A DNA stretch of 24,021 nt from positions 1 through 24,021 of the forward strand of contig CAVPIB010000017.1 in NCBI GenBank assembly GCA_963704885.1, written 5' to 3'. The translations under genes were made by a program, and so were the position numbers. Below, one piece after another: positions 1-9,071 of this stretch. Source of the stretch: an uncultured Actinomycetes bacterium (GTDB taxonomy: Bacteria > Actinomycetota > UBA4738 > HRBIN12). The notes beneath the pieces were generated by a model, which was given only the letters and a program-made list of their open reading frames with translations, searched no databases and was not told where the DNA came from. The number at the start of each line of letters is the position of its first letter. Position 1 is the stretch's first letter.

Positions 1-56
1 CCATGGGTGAAGGACGTCGCCTCCCACGAGGTCGTTCGGATCGCATGACACCCTCG

Positions 57-62
57 TAGGCT
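57..62 (+). promoter_or_regulatory. Putative -10 element TAGGCT for a leaderless transcript of the exonuclease gene
   Basis: TAGGCT (TANNNT) lies exactly 6 nt before the GTG at 69 and there is no Shine-Dalgarno; typical actinobacterial leaderless layout. Confidence 0.6.
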
Positions 63-68
63 TGGCCC

Positions 69-950
69 GTGATCGTGCACCTTGTGGATGGGACGTACGA
101 GCTCTTCCGCTATCACTTCGGGGTGCCGTCGCACGTGACAGACGACGGCCGCGAGGTCGCGGCCACGCGAGGGGTGCTCGGCTCCATGCTCTCCATGCTC
201 GAGGGCGGTGCTACCCACGTGGGCATCGCCACCGATCACGTCATCGAGTCGTTCCGCAACGCGCTGCTCGAGAGCTACAAGACGGGCGAGGGCGTTGATC
301 CCGTGCTCCGCTCGCAGTTCGAGCTGCTCGAAGACACGCTGAGGGCGGTCGGGTTCAGCGTGTGGCCGATGGAGGACTACGAGGCCGACGACGCACTCGG
401 TTCGGCCGCGGCAGTGGCGGCTGCAGACACAAGGGTGGAACGCGTGATCATCTGCACGCCCGACAAGGATCTGGGCCAATGCATCAGCGCCGACGGCCGC
501 GTCGTGCAGTTCGACAGGAGGAAGGAGTCGCTCACCGACTTCGCAGGCGTGGTCGCGAAGTTCGGAGTGGAGCCTGAGAGCATCCCCGACTATCTGGCGC
601 TGGTAGGGGACACGGCCGATGGCATCCCCGGCGTTCCGGGCTGGGGTGCGAAGACCTCGGCCACGGTGCTGGCTCGCTACCGGCATCTGGAAGACATCCC
701 GCTACAGCCCGGGCTGTGGGACATCTCGGTGCGGGGGAGGGCGAACCTGCTGCGAACGCTCACCGATCGGTTCGAAGACGCGCTCCTCTACCGGCGTCTG
801 GCGACGATCGACACGAACGCGCAGACGATCGGCTCGGTCGACGAGCTCGAGTGGACCGGTCCGCAGGTGGGTTTCGAGGAAGCGCTGAGGGCGATCGACG
901 CAGATGGTTCCATCGCGCGCATCAAGAGGCTCACCGACACGCGCCGTTGA
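69..950 (+). CDS. Standalone 5'-3' exonuclease / flap endonuclease (PolI N-terminal domain family), 293 aa
   Basis: Motifs LVDG at the N-terminus, YEADDALGS, TPDKDLGQ, and H3TH region YLALVGDTADGIPGVPGWGAKT; no polymerase domain follows. Confidence 0.92.
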   Translation: MIVHLVDGTYELFRYHFGVPSHVTDDGREVAATRGVLGSMLSMLEGGATHVGIATDHVIESFRNALLESYKTGEGVDPVLRSQFELLEDTLRAVGFSVWPMEDYEADDALGSAAAVAAADTRVERVIICTPDKDLGQCISADGRVVQFDRRKESLTDFAGVVAKFGVEPESIPDYLALVGDTADGIPGVPGWGAKTSATVLARYRHLEDIPLQPGLWDISVRGRANLLRTLTDRFEDALLYRRLATIDTNAQTIGSVDELEWTGPQVGFEEALRAIDADGSIARIKRLTDTRR

Positions 951-1039
951 GCGATCGTCGCTCCAACGTCGGCGACGCTGCTTCCGACCGGGTGTCGCCT
1001 CACGCTAGGCTCTTTGCCTTCGCCGGAGGGAGCCGAGAC

Positions 1040-2155
1040 ATGCCGACACGCCACACGCCCTACCACCAGCGGTTCATGGAGCTCGGGGCTGAGATGGGGG
1101 ACCGGATCGGGTTCGACGCGGCGGTCGTGTTCTCATCGACCGAGAAGGAGCACCTGGCCACGCGCGAAGGCGTGGGGCTGTACGACGTCTACTACCAGGG
1201 GCCCATCGACATCAAAGGGCCGGACGCGCAGGCGCTCCTGGACCATGTGCTGGCGCGTGACGTGCCGCGGCGGTTGGCCACCGACGGTCAGGTGCTCTAC
1301 TCCTCGGTCTGTAGCGCGGAGGGCGGGATGATCGACGACCTCACCGCTTACCGACTGGGACCTGAGCAATACTGGCTGATCGCCACGCCGGCCCGCGCCG
1401 AGATCGTCGAACGACACGTAACCGAGCACGCACGCGATCGCCGCGCCTTCGTGACCAACTGCATCTCGGGCACCGCGTATCTGTCCGTGCAGGGGCCGGG
1501 TTCGCGCGAGCTGCTCGCGCCGCTCACCGAGGCGGATCTGTCGACCGACCGGCTCCCGTACTTCAGGTGTGTTCGAACCGTGGTCGCCGACGTGCCCACC
1601 CTCGTGTCGCGCACGGGCTACTCGGGCGAGCTGGGGTACGAGCTCTACTACCCGCGCGACTACGCGCTCCACATGTGGGACACGCTCACGAACGCCGGCG
1701 CCACGCCCTGCGGGCTGGGGGCGCTGCGCAGCGTTCGCATGGAGAAGAAGTACCCGCTCTACGGCCTGGACGTTAGCGAGACCACGTCGCCGCTGGAGGC
1801 GGGCCTGGGATGGGCGGTCGACCTGGATGGGTCGGACTTCATGGGGCGCGACGCGCTGATGCGTCAGCGCGACGAGGGGATCGCGCGGCTCCTCACGGGG
1901 ATCGAGCTCCCCGACCTGTCGTTCGTCCCGTCCGCCGGGGACGCCGTAGCGACCGCCGACGGCGAGCCGTTCGGCACGCTCACGTCCACGGACCGTGGCT
2001 GGTTCCTGGGCAAGGCGCTGGCCATGGGCTACCTGCCGGTCGATCTCGCAACAGGTTCCACCGTCACGGTGACCTCAGCCGACGGCGTGCGGGGCGAGGG
2101 CGTGACCACCGACCTGCCGTTCTACGACCCCGAAGGAAGGCGCCTCCGAACGTAG
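1040..2155 (+). CDS. GcvT-family aminomethyltransferase / folate-binding protein, 371 aa
   Basis: Start reassigned to ATG 1040 (GGAGGG SD at 1025-1030, TAGGCT at 1006-1011). Motifs EHLATRE.VGLYD, GGMIDDL, VQGP, SRTGYSGELGYE, GLGALRSVRMEK.YPLYG, SPLEAGLGW, C-terminal PFYDP. Confidence 0.88.
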   Translation: MPTRHTPYHQRFMELGAEMGDRIGFDAAVVFSSTEKEHLATREGVGLYDVYYQGPIDIKGPDAQALLDHVLARDVPRRLATDGQVLYSSVCSAEGGMIDDLTAYRLGPEQYWLIATPARAEIVERHVTEHARDRRAFVTNCISGTAYLSVQGPGSRELLAPLTEADLSTDRLPYFRCVRTVVADVPTLVSRTGYSGELGYELYYPRDYALHMWDTLTNAGATPCGLGALRSVRMEKKYPLYGLDVSETTSPLEAGLGWAVDLDGSDFMGRDALMRQRDEGIARLLTGIELPDLSFVPSAGDAVATADGEPFGTLTSTDRGWFLGKALAMGYLPVDLATGSTVTVTSADGVRGEGVTTDLPFYDPEGRRLRT

Positions 2156-2162
2156 GCTGCTG

Positions 2163-2858
2163 GTGATGAGCGCCGATGGAACGTCGCGGACTGGGCGTGC
2201 CCTGGTCACGGGCGGCAACCGCGGCATCGGCCTGGAGGTCGTGCGACTGCTGGACCGCATGGGCTTGGAGGTGTTCTTGGGCTCGCGCGATCCGGACGCG
2301 GGAGCTGCCGCCGCCTCGGCGCTCGGATCGCCCGGTGTGAAACCCGTTCGCATCGACGTAGCTGACCGCGCGAGCGTGATGGCCGCACGCGACTCGCTGG
2401 CGCCGGCCGGTATCGACGTGCTGGTGAACAACGCCGCGGTCAACCCTCGCGGTCGGGTGACGCCGGAGGAGGCCGACCGCGCCTGGCAGGTGAACACGCT
2501 GGGGTGTTGGCGCGTGACACAAGCGTTCCTGACGCCGATGCGTGAGCGCAGCTGGGGCCGGATCGTGAACGTCTCTTCCGAGGTGGCCGCGAACGCGCAT
2601 GAACAGCGAGGTGGGGGCATCTACGCCTCGACGAAGATCGCTCTGAACGCCATGACTCGCGCTCTCGCCGAAGACCTGGAAGGGACCGGGATCCTGGTGA
2701 ACGCGATCAGTCCGGGGTGGTGCCGATCGGACATGGGCGGGTCGAGTGCACCGCGATCGGCCGAGGAGGGTGCCGCGAGCATCGTCTGGGGTGTGACGCT
2801 CCCCGACGACGGTCCGTCCGGAGGCTACTTCCAGGACGGCGAACCGTTCCCCTGGTAG
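2163..2858 (+). CDS. Short-chain dehydrogenase/reductase (carbonyl-reductase-like)
   Basis: TGGNRGIG Rossmann motif, LVNNAA, IVNVSS, catalytic YASTK, VNAISPGWCRSDMGG. Start could be 2163 (GTG) or 2166 (ATG). Confidence 0.92.
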   Translation: MMSADGTSRTGRALVTGGNRGIGLEVVRLLDRMGLEVFLGSRDPDAGAAAASALGSPGVKPVRIDVADRASVMAARDSLAPAGIDVLVNNAAVNPRGRVTPEEADRAWQVNTLGCWRVTQAFLTPMRERSWGRIVNVSSEVAANAHEQRGGGIYASTKIALNAMTRALAEDLEGTGILVNAISPGWCRSDMGGSSAPRSAEEGAASIVWGVTLPDDGPSGGYFQDGEPFPW

Positions 2859-2874
2859 CGGCGAGCGCGAACCT

Positions 2875-2901
2875 TGTCGATATCCGCCGGGGCCCTTCGT
2901 C
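2875..2901 (+). promoter_or_regulatory. Putative ECF42-type sigma factor promoter (TGTCGA-N17-CGTC)
   Basis: TGTCGA at 2875-2880 and CGTC at 2898-2901, directly upstream of a YciI-like gene; matches the described ECF42 consensus (-35 TGTCGA, -10 CGA/TC). Confidence 0.65.
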
Positions 2902-2954
2902 GTAGAGGGTGACGGTCCCGCTCCGGGACCCGCGAACCGCAAGGAGGGGATGGC

Positions 2955-3269
2955 ATGGCGAAGTACCTGTTGCTCTACGGAGGCGGCCAGATGCCCGAGG
3001 GTGAAGCAGCTCAGGCCGAGGTCATGGGTGCCTGGGAGGCGTGGTTCACCGAGCTAGGCCCGGCGGTCGCCGACCCGGGTAACCCGTTCACGCCGGCCGC
3101 GAAGAAGATCACGAGCGACGGCGCCGTGGGCGACACCCACCCCACAGCCAGTGGCTACTCGATCATCGAGGCGGATTCGCTCGACATCGCGGCCAAGCTC
3201 GCCGCCGGTTGCCCGGTGCTTCAGGGCGGTGCGGACATCACGGTCTTCGAGACCTTCGAGGTGATGTAG
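2955..3269 (+). CDS. YciI-like (DGPF-related) small protein, 104 aa
   Basis: MAKYLLLY start, AWEAWF.ELG..V.DPGNPF, SGYSIIEADSLD.A..LA..CP.L..G..I.V.E pattern; strong SD AAGGAGG upstream. Confidence 0.8.
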   Translation: MAKYLLLYGGGQMPEGEAAQAEVMGAWEAWFTELGPAVADPGNPFTPAAKKITSDGAVGDTHPTASGYSIIEADSLDIAAKLAAGCPVLQGGADITVFETFEVM

Positions 3270-3283
3270 GGAACCTCCACCGG

Positions 3284-3323
3284 TACGTGAGCGCGGCGGC
3301 GTCCTCGCCGCCGCGCTCGCGTA
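3284..3323. terminator. Inverted repeat between convergent genes, likely bidirectional terminator
   Basis: TACGTGAGCGCGGCGGCG-tcct-CGCCGCCGCGCTCGCGTA: 18-bp stem (one G-U on + strand), 4-nt loop, between stops at 3269 (+) and 3325 (-). No U-tract. Confidence 0.75.
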
Positions 3324-3324
3324 T

Positions 3325-3738
3325 CTAAGTGCGGTCTAAGACGATCACCGGGATCGTTCGATGCCCGGCGGTCTTCTCCTCGTACTCGCCGAACTGTGGG
3401 AACTTCGCCACCTGCCGAGCGAACAGTTCGTCGCGTTCGGACCCCTCGCGGAGGATCTTCGCCTTCACGGGGACGCTCTCGGTTCCCAGCTCGATCGTGG
3501 CGTGCGCATCGGCCTCCAGGTTGAGGAACCAGTGCGGGTGCGCGACGTGGCCGCCCTTCGACGCGAAGACGACCCACTGGTCGCCATCGGGCAGGTACAT
3601 CAACGGGCACACACGCTCTTGGCCGGTGCGACGTCCTGTCGAGTGCAATAGAAGGAGCGGCGCTCCTTCGAACATGCCGCCGACCCGACCCTCGTTCGCT
3701 CGGAACTCCTCGATGACGTTCGCGTTCCAGTCGCTCAT
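3325..3738 (-). CDS. Deazaflavin (F420)-dependent nitroreductase / quinone reductase, Ddn family, 137 aa
   Basis: Start at ATG 3738 behind AGGAGGAG; MSDWNANVIEEFRANEG.VGGMF, LLLLHSTGRRTG..R..PL, VFASKGG...HP.WF.NL, FGEYEEKT...R.IPV. Confidence 0.92.
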   Translation of the reverse strand: MSDWNANVIEEFRANEGRVGGMFEGAPLLLLHSTGRRTGQERVCPLMYLPDGDQWVVFASKGGHVAHPHWFLNLEADAHATIELGTESVPVKAKILREGSERDELFARQVAKFPQFGEYEEKTAGHRTIPVIVLDRT

Positions 3739-3788
3739 CCGGCTCCTCCTCGAAGGTATCGCGGGTTGAACCGGATCCATCCCGCCTT

Positions 3789-5033
3789 TCATTCCCCAAC
3801 GGCAGCCGCTTGAACCGTGCCGGTGGCCTTACGCCGTGGGCGCTCGAAGCGCCCGAAGACCGCGATCAGTCCGAACAGGATCAACCCTGGGATCGCGAGC
3901 CAGGGCGCGCGCTCCGCCCACCATCGCGCCGTGCTATCGGTCTCGTGGCCGAATCCGAGCGGCCACAACAGGAGCACGGCAAGCAGGTAGGCCGTCATGT
4001 GCCAAAGGAACAGGGTCATGATCACGCCGTTCACCGCGATCGTGAACACCCACGGACGTCGACGCTGAAGCCAACGCGACAGCCGGGGTCGCAGCAACAT
4101 CGCCGCGCCGATCGACCACACGCCGCCGAGCAGGAAGCAGACGGTGGGTGGGTAGGCGTTCGACACGGCCTCGATGTCTGTGCCGAGCAGGCTCTTCGGG
4201 TAGGTGCCTATCCCTGGGAACCAGGAGTAGCGGGTATCGCCGAACAACTTCCACAGGGGCGGGTTAGTCAGAAGGATCAAGCCCGAGAGGCCCGCGACGA
4301 CCATCGCCCAGAACGCCCTGCGAGGCCATCGCGTCATGCTCCCATCCCCGTAGGCGTGGCCAAGCTGATGTGGGAACAGCAGGACGAACGCCACGTTGGC
4401 CCACCGAGCGAGGGGATGTCCGCCCATGAACCCGATCGCATCCGCGAGGAACGCTCCTGCGACCATCGCTGCCGGGACCCAGAGTCCGAACCGTCGATGC
4501 AGGGCGATCGTCCACGGCGAGATGCAGACGACCACGACATAGACCGCCAGGAACCAGAGGGGGCCGAACGGGATCGTCGCGCCCGGCGGGAGCATGCCGC
4601 GCAGCAGTCTGGTGTCTCCCCAAAGAGGCGGTCCCGCGGTGGCGCCGATGTCGGCCAGGTGCAGCGCGATCTGCACGACGGCCCATACACCCAGGAACAC
4701 GAGCGACGGGCGCAGCAGCCGCACGAGCCTGCTCCAGACGAACTCCCGGGTGGTCCGGCCCCGCTCCAGATACGCGTCGAAGGCGACCAGGTTAGCGAAC
4801 CCGCCCACGAAGAAGAAGATCGGCATCACCTGGAGGAACCAGGTCGCCAGCCAGAGCCACGACGTGAGGCCGATCGCACTGGTCGATCGGATGAACCCGT
4901 GATCCCACGCGATCATCGCGATCGTCCAGTGGCCGATCACGACGCACAGGATGCTCGCGGCGCGCAGGAAGTCGACGTACCGGTCCCGGGTCGCAGGGGT
5001 CCGGTCGGCCAGCTCTCCAAGGCTCGCCGTCAT
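3789..5033 (-). CDS. Acyltransferase family 3 (OafA/YrhL-like membrane acyltransferase), paralog A, 414 aa
   Basis: RDRYVDFLRA...VVIGHW, TW.LQVMPIFFFVGGFAN, R..RLLRP, LWFLAVY, MTLFLWH; about 10 hydrophobic segments. Confidence 0.9.
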   Translation of the reverse strand: MTASLGELADRTPATRDRYVDFLRAASILCVVIGHWTIAMIAWDHGFIRSTSAIGLTSWLWLATWFLQVMPIFFFVGGFANLVAFDAYLERGRTTREFVWSRLVRLLRPSLVFLGVWAVVQIALHLADIGATAGPPLWGDTRLLRGMLPPGATIPFGPLWFLAVYVVVVCISPWTIALHRRFGLWVPAAMVAGAFLADAIGFMGGHPLARWANVAFVLLFPHQLGHAYGDGSMTRWPRRAFWAMVVAGLSGLILLTNPPLWKLFGDTRYSWFPGIGTYPKSLLGTDIEAVSNAYPPTVCFLLGGVWSIGAAMLLRPRLSRWLQRRRPWVFTIAVNGVIMTLFLWHMTAYLLAVLLLWPLGFGHETDSTARWWAERAPWLAIPGLILFGLIAVFGRFERPRRKATGTVQAAAVGE

Positions 5034-5064
5034 GGGTGAAGTTCACGCGCCTCGGCGCGTCAGG

Positions 5065-5737
5065 TCAAGGGTGCGCGGCTGGGACCTTCGACCGGGTGGA
5101 GAGCGTGTATGCGTACGCCACGAGCGCCAAGGCCACCAGGATGTGCCAGATCGCGTGCCACTGGAACAGAGCTCGCGGGCCGGCAGAGCGGCGAGTCCGT
5201 CTGGCCCAACAGATAAGCGACTCCACCCAGCGCGATCGCGGCGAGACCTATCTTGCGGGCGAGGTTTCCACGCCGGGGACCCACGGACCGTCGGGTTCGG
5301 TGATCGCCGGAGAACGTCGTGACCTCGCCGAGAACCGCGCCCGCGGCCAGGGTGCCGGCGAACGGATCCGACGCGCCATCGATGGCGGCAAGGCCCATTC
5401 CTATGGCGATCAGACCGATCGCGTAGGCACCCGCCTGTAAGCCTTGACGCCACCCAAGTATGTGTCCGAACGCGCGGACCACGATGAAGAACAGGACCGC
5501 CATGATCGCGACGTCGTGCGCCCACTGCGCCCAAGAGGGATGGGGACCGTGAAGCGCGAAGCTCCCCACGCCGTTCGCGGCCACCGCGAGCGCGAGGACC
5601 AGCAGGCCGGCGCGCGTCGTGCCTTCGCGCCGGAACGCGCGGATCAGGATCCAGCCGGCGCCGACCAGGAACGCCAGGCTAGATATGGCGTTCGTGGGCT
5701 GGTTGAGGAAGCCCGATACGATGCGTTCGCAGTCCAT
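5065..5737 (-). CDS. CREST-superfamily (alkaline ceramidase-like) membrane hydrolase, interrupted by a +1 frameshift near 5170; ~223 aa when corrected
   Basis: MDCE....QPTNAISSLAF, GSFALH, HD; removing one base at ~5170 continues SPLCRPAS into LFQWHAIWHILVALALVAYAYTL and a TGA at 5065-5067, restoring the HxxxH motif. Confidence 0.78.
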
Positions 5738-5750
5738 CTGTTCTCCGTCA

Positions 5751-8700
5751 TCATCCCAGGCCAAGGGCGGCGGTCTGCCGGGCGACGATGTCCTCACCCA
5801 CGGTGGCGTTCTTGCGCCGGTACAGTTCGCGCGCGCGATCGAGCGCGGCGCGCGCCTCGTCGTCCCGACCGGCCAGGTGATGGACCTCGGCTTCGTCCAG
5901 ACAGATCTCCGCGCGATCGATCAATGCATCGCTCCGATCCGCCCACTCGAACGCCTGGCCGATCAACCGGTACGCATCCTCCTCACGGCCCTCCCGCGCT
6001 GCGATCACGGCGTCGACGGTCCGCCACAGATGCTGATTGATCACGTCATCGCTCGACGACGTCTCTCGGCAGACATCCGCCCAGCGTCGCGCATCGTCGA
6101 GCCGTCCCAGGCGGAGGAACGCGAGACCACGCATCCCCGCTGATGTGGAGGAGTTCGCCACGTTGTCGAGGCTCACCAGGAGGTCGTACCCCATCCCCGC
6201 GAACCGCTCCGCCGCTGCGTGGTCGCCGGCGAGCCACTCGATGCGAGAACGCGCTTCGTAGGCGCCTGCTCCCACCGAGCCTCGGAGCTCGGTGATCAGG
6301 CGCATGCCCTCGTCGCTCAAGCGGCGCGCCTCGTCGGATCGCCCGAGCATCGCTTCCACGGCCCCTCGTGCCCCCAGCGCGAACGGCCTGAGCGAGGGGA
6401 ACGCAACGACCTCGGCGTCGACCACGTCGATGGCGGCCCCCACGTCGGGCGCGGGAGTTGAACCAAGGAGTCCGGCCGAGACCGCCATCGTGACCGCGAC
6501 GCTCACCCAGTGCCCGTCACCTGCCGCGCGCGCATGCTCGAGCGCGCGATCGCACTCCAGCTTCGCGGCCGAGAACCGACAGCCCATCCACCCGACGTTC
6601 GCGCGCAATAGGAATGCGACTGCGAGGCCGGAGTCATCTCCGAGCGCCTCGAGCTCCGGCACCATCCGGTCGAGCATCGCCTCGAGCCGGGGCACTCCCC
6701 CTTCAGGCTCGGCAACCGTTCGCGAGTACGCCGCCCCGAGCGACGCCTGGATCTCGGCACTTCGGTCGCCTGCGGCGGTCGCCACGGGGAGTGCTTCCTC
6801 GAACAGCGGGACGGCCTCTGCCTCGTGGTCTCGGCCTACGAGCGACCACGCGGCGGCCAGCAGGTCGCGGGCACGGGCTGCGTCGTCGGGCCCGCGGAGC
6901 TCGGCGGCACGGCGGTGGAGGTTCTCGGACGCGCGGAAGTCGCCGCGATCCCTTGCGCGCTTGCCCGCCGCCGATAACCGGCCGGCAGCGCGACCGGCTA
7001 TCGACCGCGTGTCATCCCCCTCGGGGCCTAGCTCAAGACGGTACGCGTGTGCTTGCTCCAGGTGGTATCCGACGAACTCGTCGAGGTCGGCGAGTCCTGC
7101 GTGGGCGTCCAGCCACCCCGCGAACCGTTCGTGGAGGTCGGCACGCGTCTCCTTAGGCAACATCTGATACGCCGCGTCGCGAAGCAGGACGTGATGGAAG
7201 CGGAACGCCTCCTCGCCGGCGACGTCGGACGCGTCGGCGCGGATCAGGTCGCGACGGAGCAGCTGCTGCACCCGGCGGGCGACCTCGCCGCGCTCGGCCT
7301 CGGGGGTTAGCTCGCGAAGAGCACCCAGATAGAAGGACAGACCCACGATGGCCGCGCGTCCGAGCAGCATGCGATCGGCGTCGTCCAGTCGATCGAGCCG
7401 CGAGGCCAGGAGCGCCTGGATCGTGGGCGGGACGGCGACGTCGTCGAGATCCCGGGTCGCTACCCAGCGTCCGTTCTCCGGCCGCAAGGCGCCGTCATCC
7501 ACGAGCATCGCGAGCGTCTCCTCGACGAAGAGCGGATTCCCGCCGGCCGCGTCATCGATCCGGCCGCGGAGCGCGTCGTCGAGCTCGCCGCCGGCCAGGA
7601 AGTTCTCTACGAGGTGCCCGACCTCCTCGGAGGAGAGCGGCTCCAGCGCCACCGTGGTCGCGTGCAGCTTTCCGCCGCCCCACCCGGGAGTGGTCTCGAG
7701 CAACTCGGGCCGCGCCATGCAGATCACCAGGATCGGCGCCTCGCGGCTCCAGTCCGTGAGCTGGTCCACCAGATCCAGGAAGCTCGGCTCCGCCCAGTGG
7801 ATGTCGTCGAGCACCACGATCAGCGGGCGCTCGCGCGCCAGACCCTCCAGGAGGCGTCGAACGGCCCATCCGATCTCCTCGGCCGTCGCGGAGAGACTGT
7901 CACCCCCGACCAACGCAGCTACGCGCGAAGCAACCTCGTCGGCCGATGGGTCAGCCGGGATCAGCGCGGCCAGCGCGGCGCCCAGGTCGGCCTCATCCAC
8001 GCTCCCGTCGCCCAGCGCGTCCCGCACAACCTCGATGAGCGGCCAGTACGTGATCCCCTCCCCGTAGGAGAGGCATCGTCCCCGCAGGACCATCGCGTCC
8101 TCACTGAGCTGGGCGAGTGCTTCTTGGACCAGACGCGACTTCCCGACCCCCGCCGAACCCAGGACGGTGAAGAGATGGCAGACGAGATCGGCGGTCACCT
8201 CGTCGAACGCCTGCCGCAGCTGGCCGAGCTGGCGGCTGCGTCCGACCAGCGGCGAGTTCATCCGACGAGCCGTTCCTGCTGCGCCGGCGTGAACGGCGAT
8301 CAAGCGGCTCGCTGGGACCGGCTCGGCCTTGCCCTTCAGCTCGAGCGGCTCGACCAGCTCGAGCACGGCGGCGTCGCGGACCAGCCGGGCGGTCGACTCC
8401 GCGATCAGAACATCGCCCGGCGCGGCGCCTTGCTCCAGGCGGGCGGCCACGTTCACGGTGTCGCCGGTGATCAGCGCCTGCCGCGTGGACGCGTCGCCAG
8501 CCACGACCTCGCCGGTGTTCACGCCGATCCGACACTCCAGCGTTGCACCATGGTCGCGTTCGAGCTCCTTGTTGAGCATGTGGAGACCCTCCCGCATGTC
8601 GTCGGCGGCGCGTACGGCCCGGATCGCGTCGTCCTCGTGGGTGGTCGGGATGCCGAACACCGCCATCACGGCGTCGCCGATGAACTTCTCGACCGTGCCC

Positions 8701-8936
8701 CCGTGCCGCTCGATCGCCTCGGTCATGGAGGCGAAGTAGCGCATCATCACGCGCCGGAGCGCCTCGGCGTCCAGGCGCTCGCCCAGCGCCGTCGAGCCCG
8801 TGACGTCGCAGAAGACGACGGTGACGGTCTTGCGGACCTCGGCCGCCGGCGAGCTCTCTGCGAACCGCTCACCGCACGCGTTGCAGAAGCGGGATCCTTC
8901 GGGGTTCTCGACGCCGCACGCGGGGCAGGCTGCCAT
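5751..8936 (-). CDS. Double zinc ribbon + class III adenylate/guanylate cyclase + STAND (AAA) ATPase + TPR-like protein, 1061 aa
   Basis: CPACG..CNACG; VFCDVTGST, VEKFIGDAVMA, RIGVNTGEV, GDTVNVAARL; Walker A GSAGVGKS; Walker B VVLDDIHWA; GGNPLFVEE; FHHVLLRDAAY; helical repeat C-terminus. Confidence 0.93.
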   Translation of the reverse strand: MAACPACGVENPEGSRFCNACGERFAESSPAAEVRKTVTVVFCDVTGSTALGERLDAEALRRVMMRYFASMTEAIERHGGTVEKFIGDAVMAVFGIPTTHEDDAIRAVRAADDMREGLHMLNKELERDHGATLECRIGVNTGEVVAGDASTRQALITGDTVNVAARLEQGAAPGDVLIAESTARLVRDAAVLELVEPLELKGKAEPVPASRLIAVHAGAAGTARRMNSPLVGRSRQLGQLRQAFDEVTADLVCHLFTVLGSAGVGKSRLVQEALAQLSEDAMVLRGRCLSYGEGITYWPLIEVVRDALGDGSVDEADLGAALAALIPADPSADEVASRVAALVGGDSLSATAEEIGWAVRRLLEGLARERPLIVVLDDIHWAEPSFLDLVDQLTDWSREAPILVICMARPELLETTPGWGGGKLHATTVALEPLSSEEVGHLVENFLAGGELDDALRGRIDDAAGGNPLFVEETLAMLVDDGALRPENGRWVATRDLDDVAVPPTIQALLASRLDRLDDADRMLLGRAAIVGLSFYLGALRELTPEAERGEVARRVQQLLRRDLIRADASDVAGEEAFRFHHVLLRDAAYQMLPKETRADLHERFAGWLDAHAGLADLDEFVGYHLEQAHAYRLELGPEGDDTRSIAGRAAGRLSAAGKRARDRGDFRASENLHRRAAELRGPDDAARARDLLAAAWSLVGRDHEAEAVPLFEEALPVATAAGDRSAEIQASLGAAYSRTVAEPEGGVPRLEAMLDRMVPELEALGDDSGLAVAFLLRANVGWMGCRFSAAKLECDRALEHARAAGDGHWVSVAVTMAVSAGLLGSTPAPDVGAAIDVVDAEVVAFPSLRPFALGARGAVEAMLGRSDEARRLSDEGMRLITELRGSVGAGAYEARSRIEWLAGDHAAAERFAGMGYDLLVSLDNVANSSTSAGMRGLAFLRLGRLDDARRWADVCRETSSSDDVINQHLWRTVDAVIAAREGREEDAYRLIGQAFEWADRSDALIDRAEICLDEAEVHHLAGRDDEARAALDRARELYRRKNATVGEDIVARQTAALGLG

Positions 8937-8945
8937 TGCCGACCG

Positions 8946-8951
8946 AGTGTA
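8946..8951 (-). promoter_or_regulatory. Putative -10 element TACACT for a (near-)leaderless cyclase transcript
   Basis: TACACT on the minus strand 9 nt before the ATG at 8936; no SD present. Confidence 0.5.
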
Positions 8952-9071
8952 ATCCGGCAGGCCGTCGCGTCGGAGGCCCGCATCGTCTGCCGTTAGCGCC
9001 TGCCACGCTCCAACGCTCAGGTGTCCGATCCCTGATGCTTTCGTCGGCTCGACCTGTCAGAATCCCGACAA

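Noticed and set aside
716-1039. N-terminal 108-aa extension of the GcvT-like ORF in the ORF track
   Set aside because: It overlaps the exonuclease gene, is Arg-rich shadow sequence, and a clear -10 plus SD precede ATG 1040.
951-1039. Glycine riboswitch upstream of the GcvT-like gene
   Set aside because: Only 89 nt of intergenic space, and no GGAGA...CCGAAG...CUCUCAGG aptamer pattern.
3761-3785. Imperfect palindrome GCGGGTTGAACCGGATCCATCCCGC upstream of the Ddn gene as a LacI-type operator
   Set aside because: Several mismatches, a single occurrence and no regulator nearby; it cannot be distinguished from a small hairpin after the acyltransferase stop.
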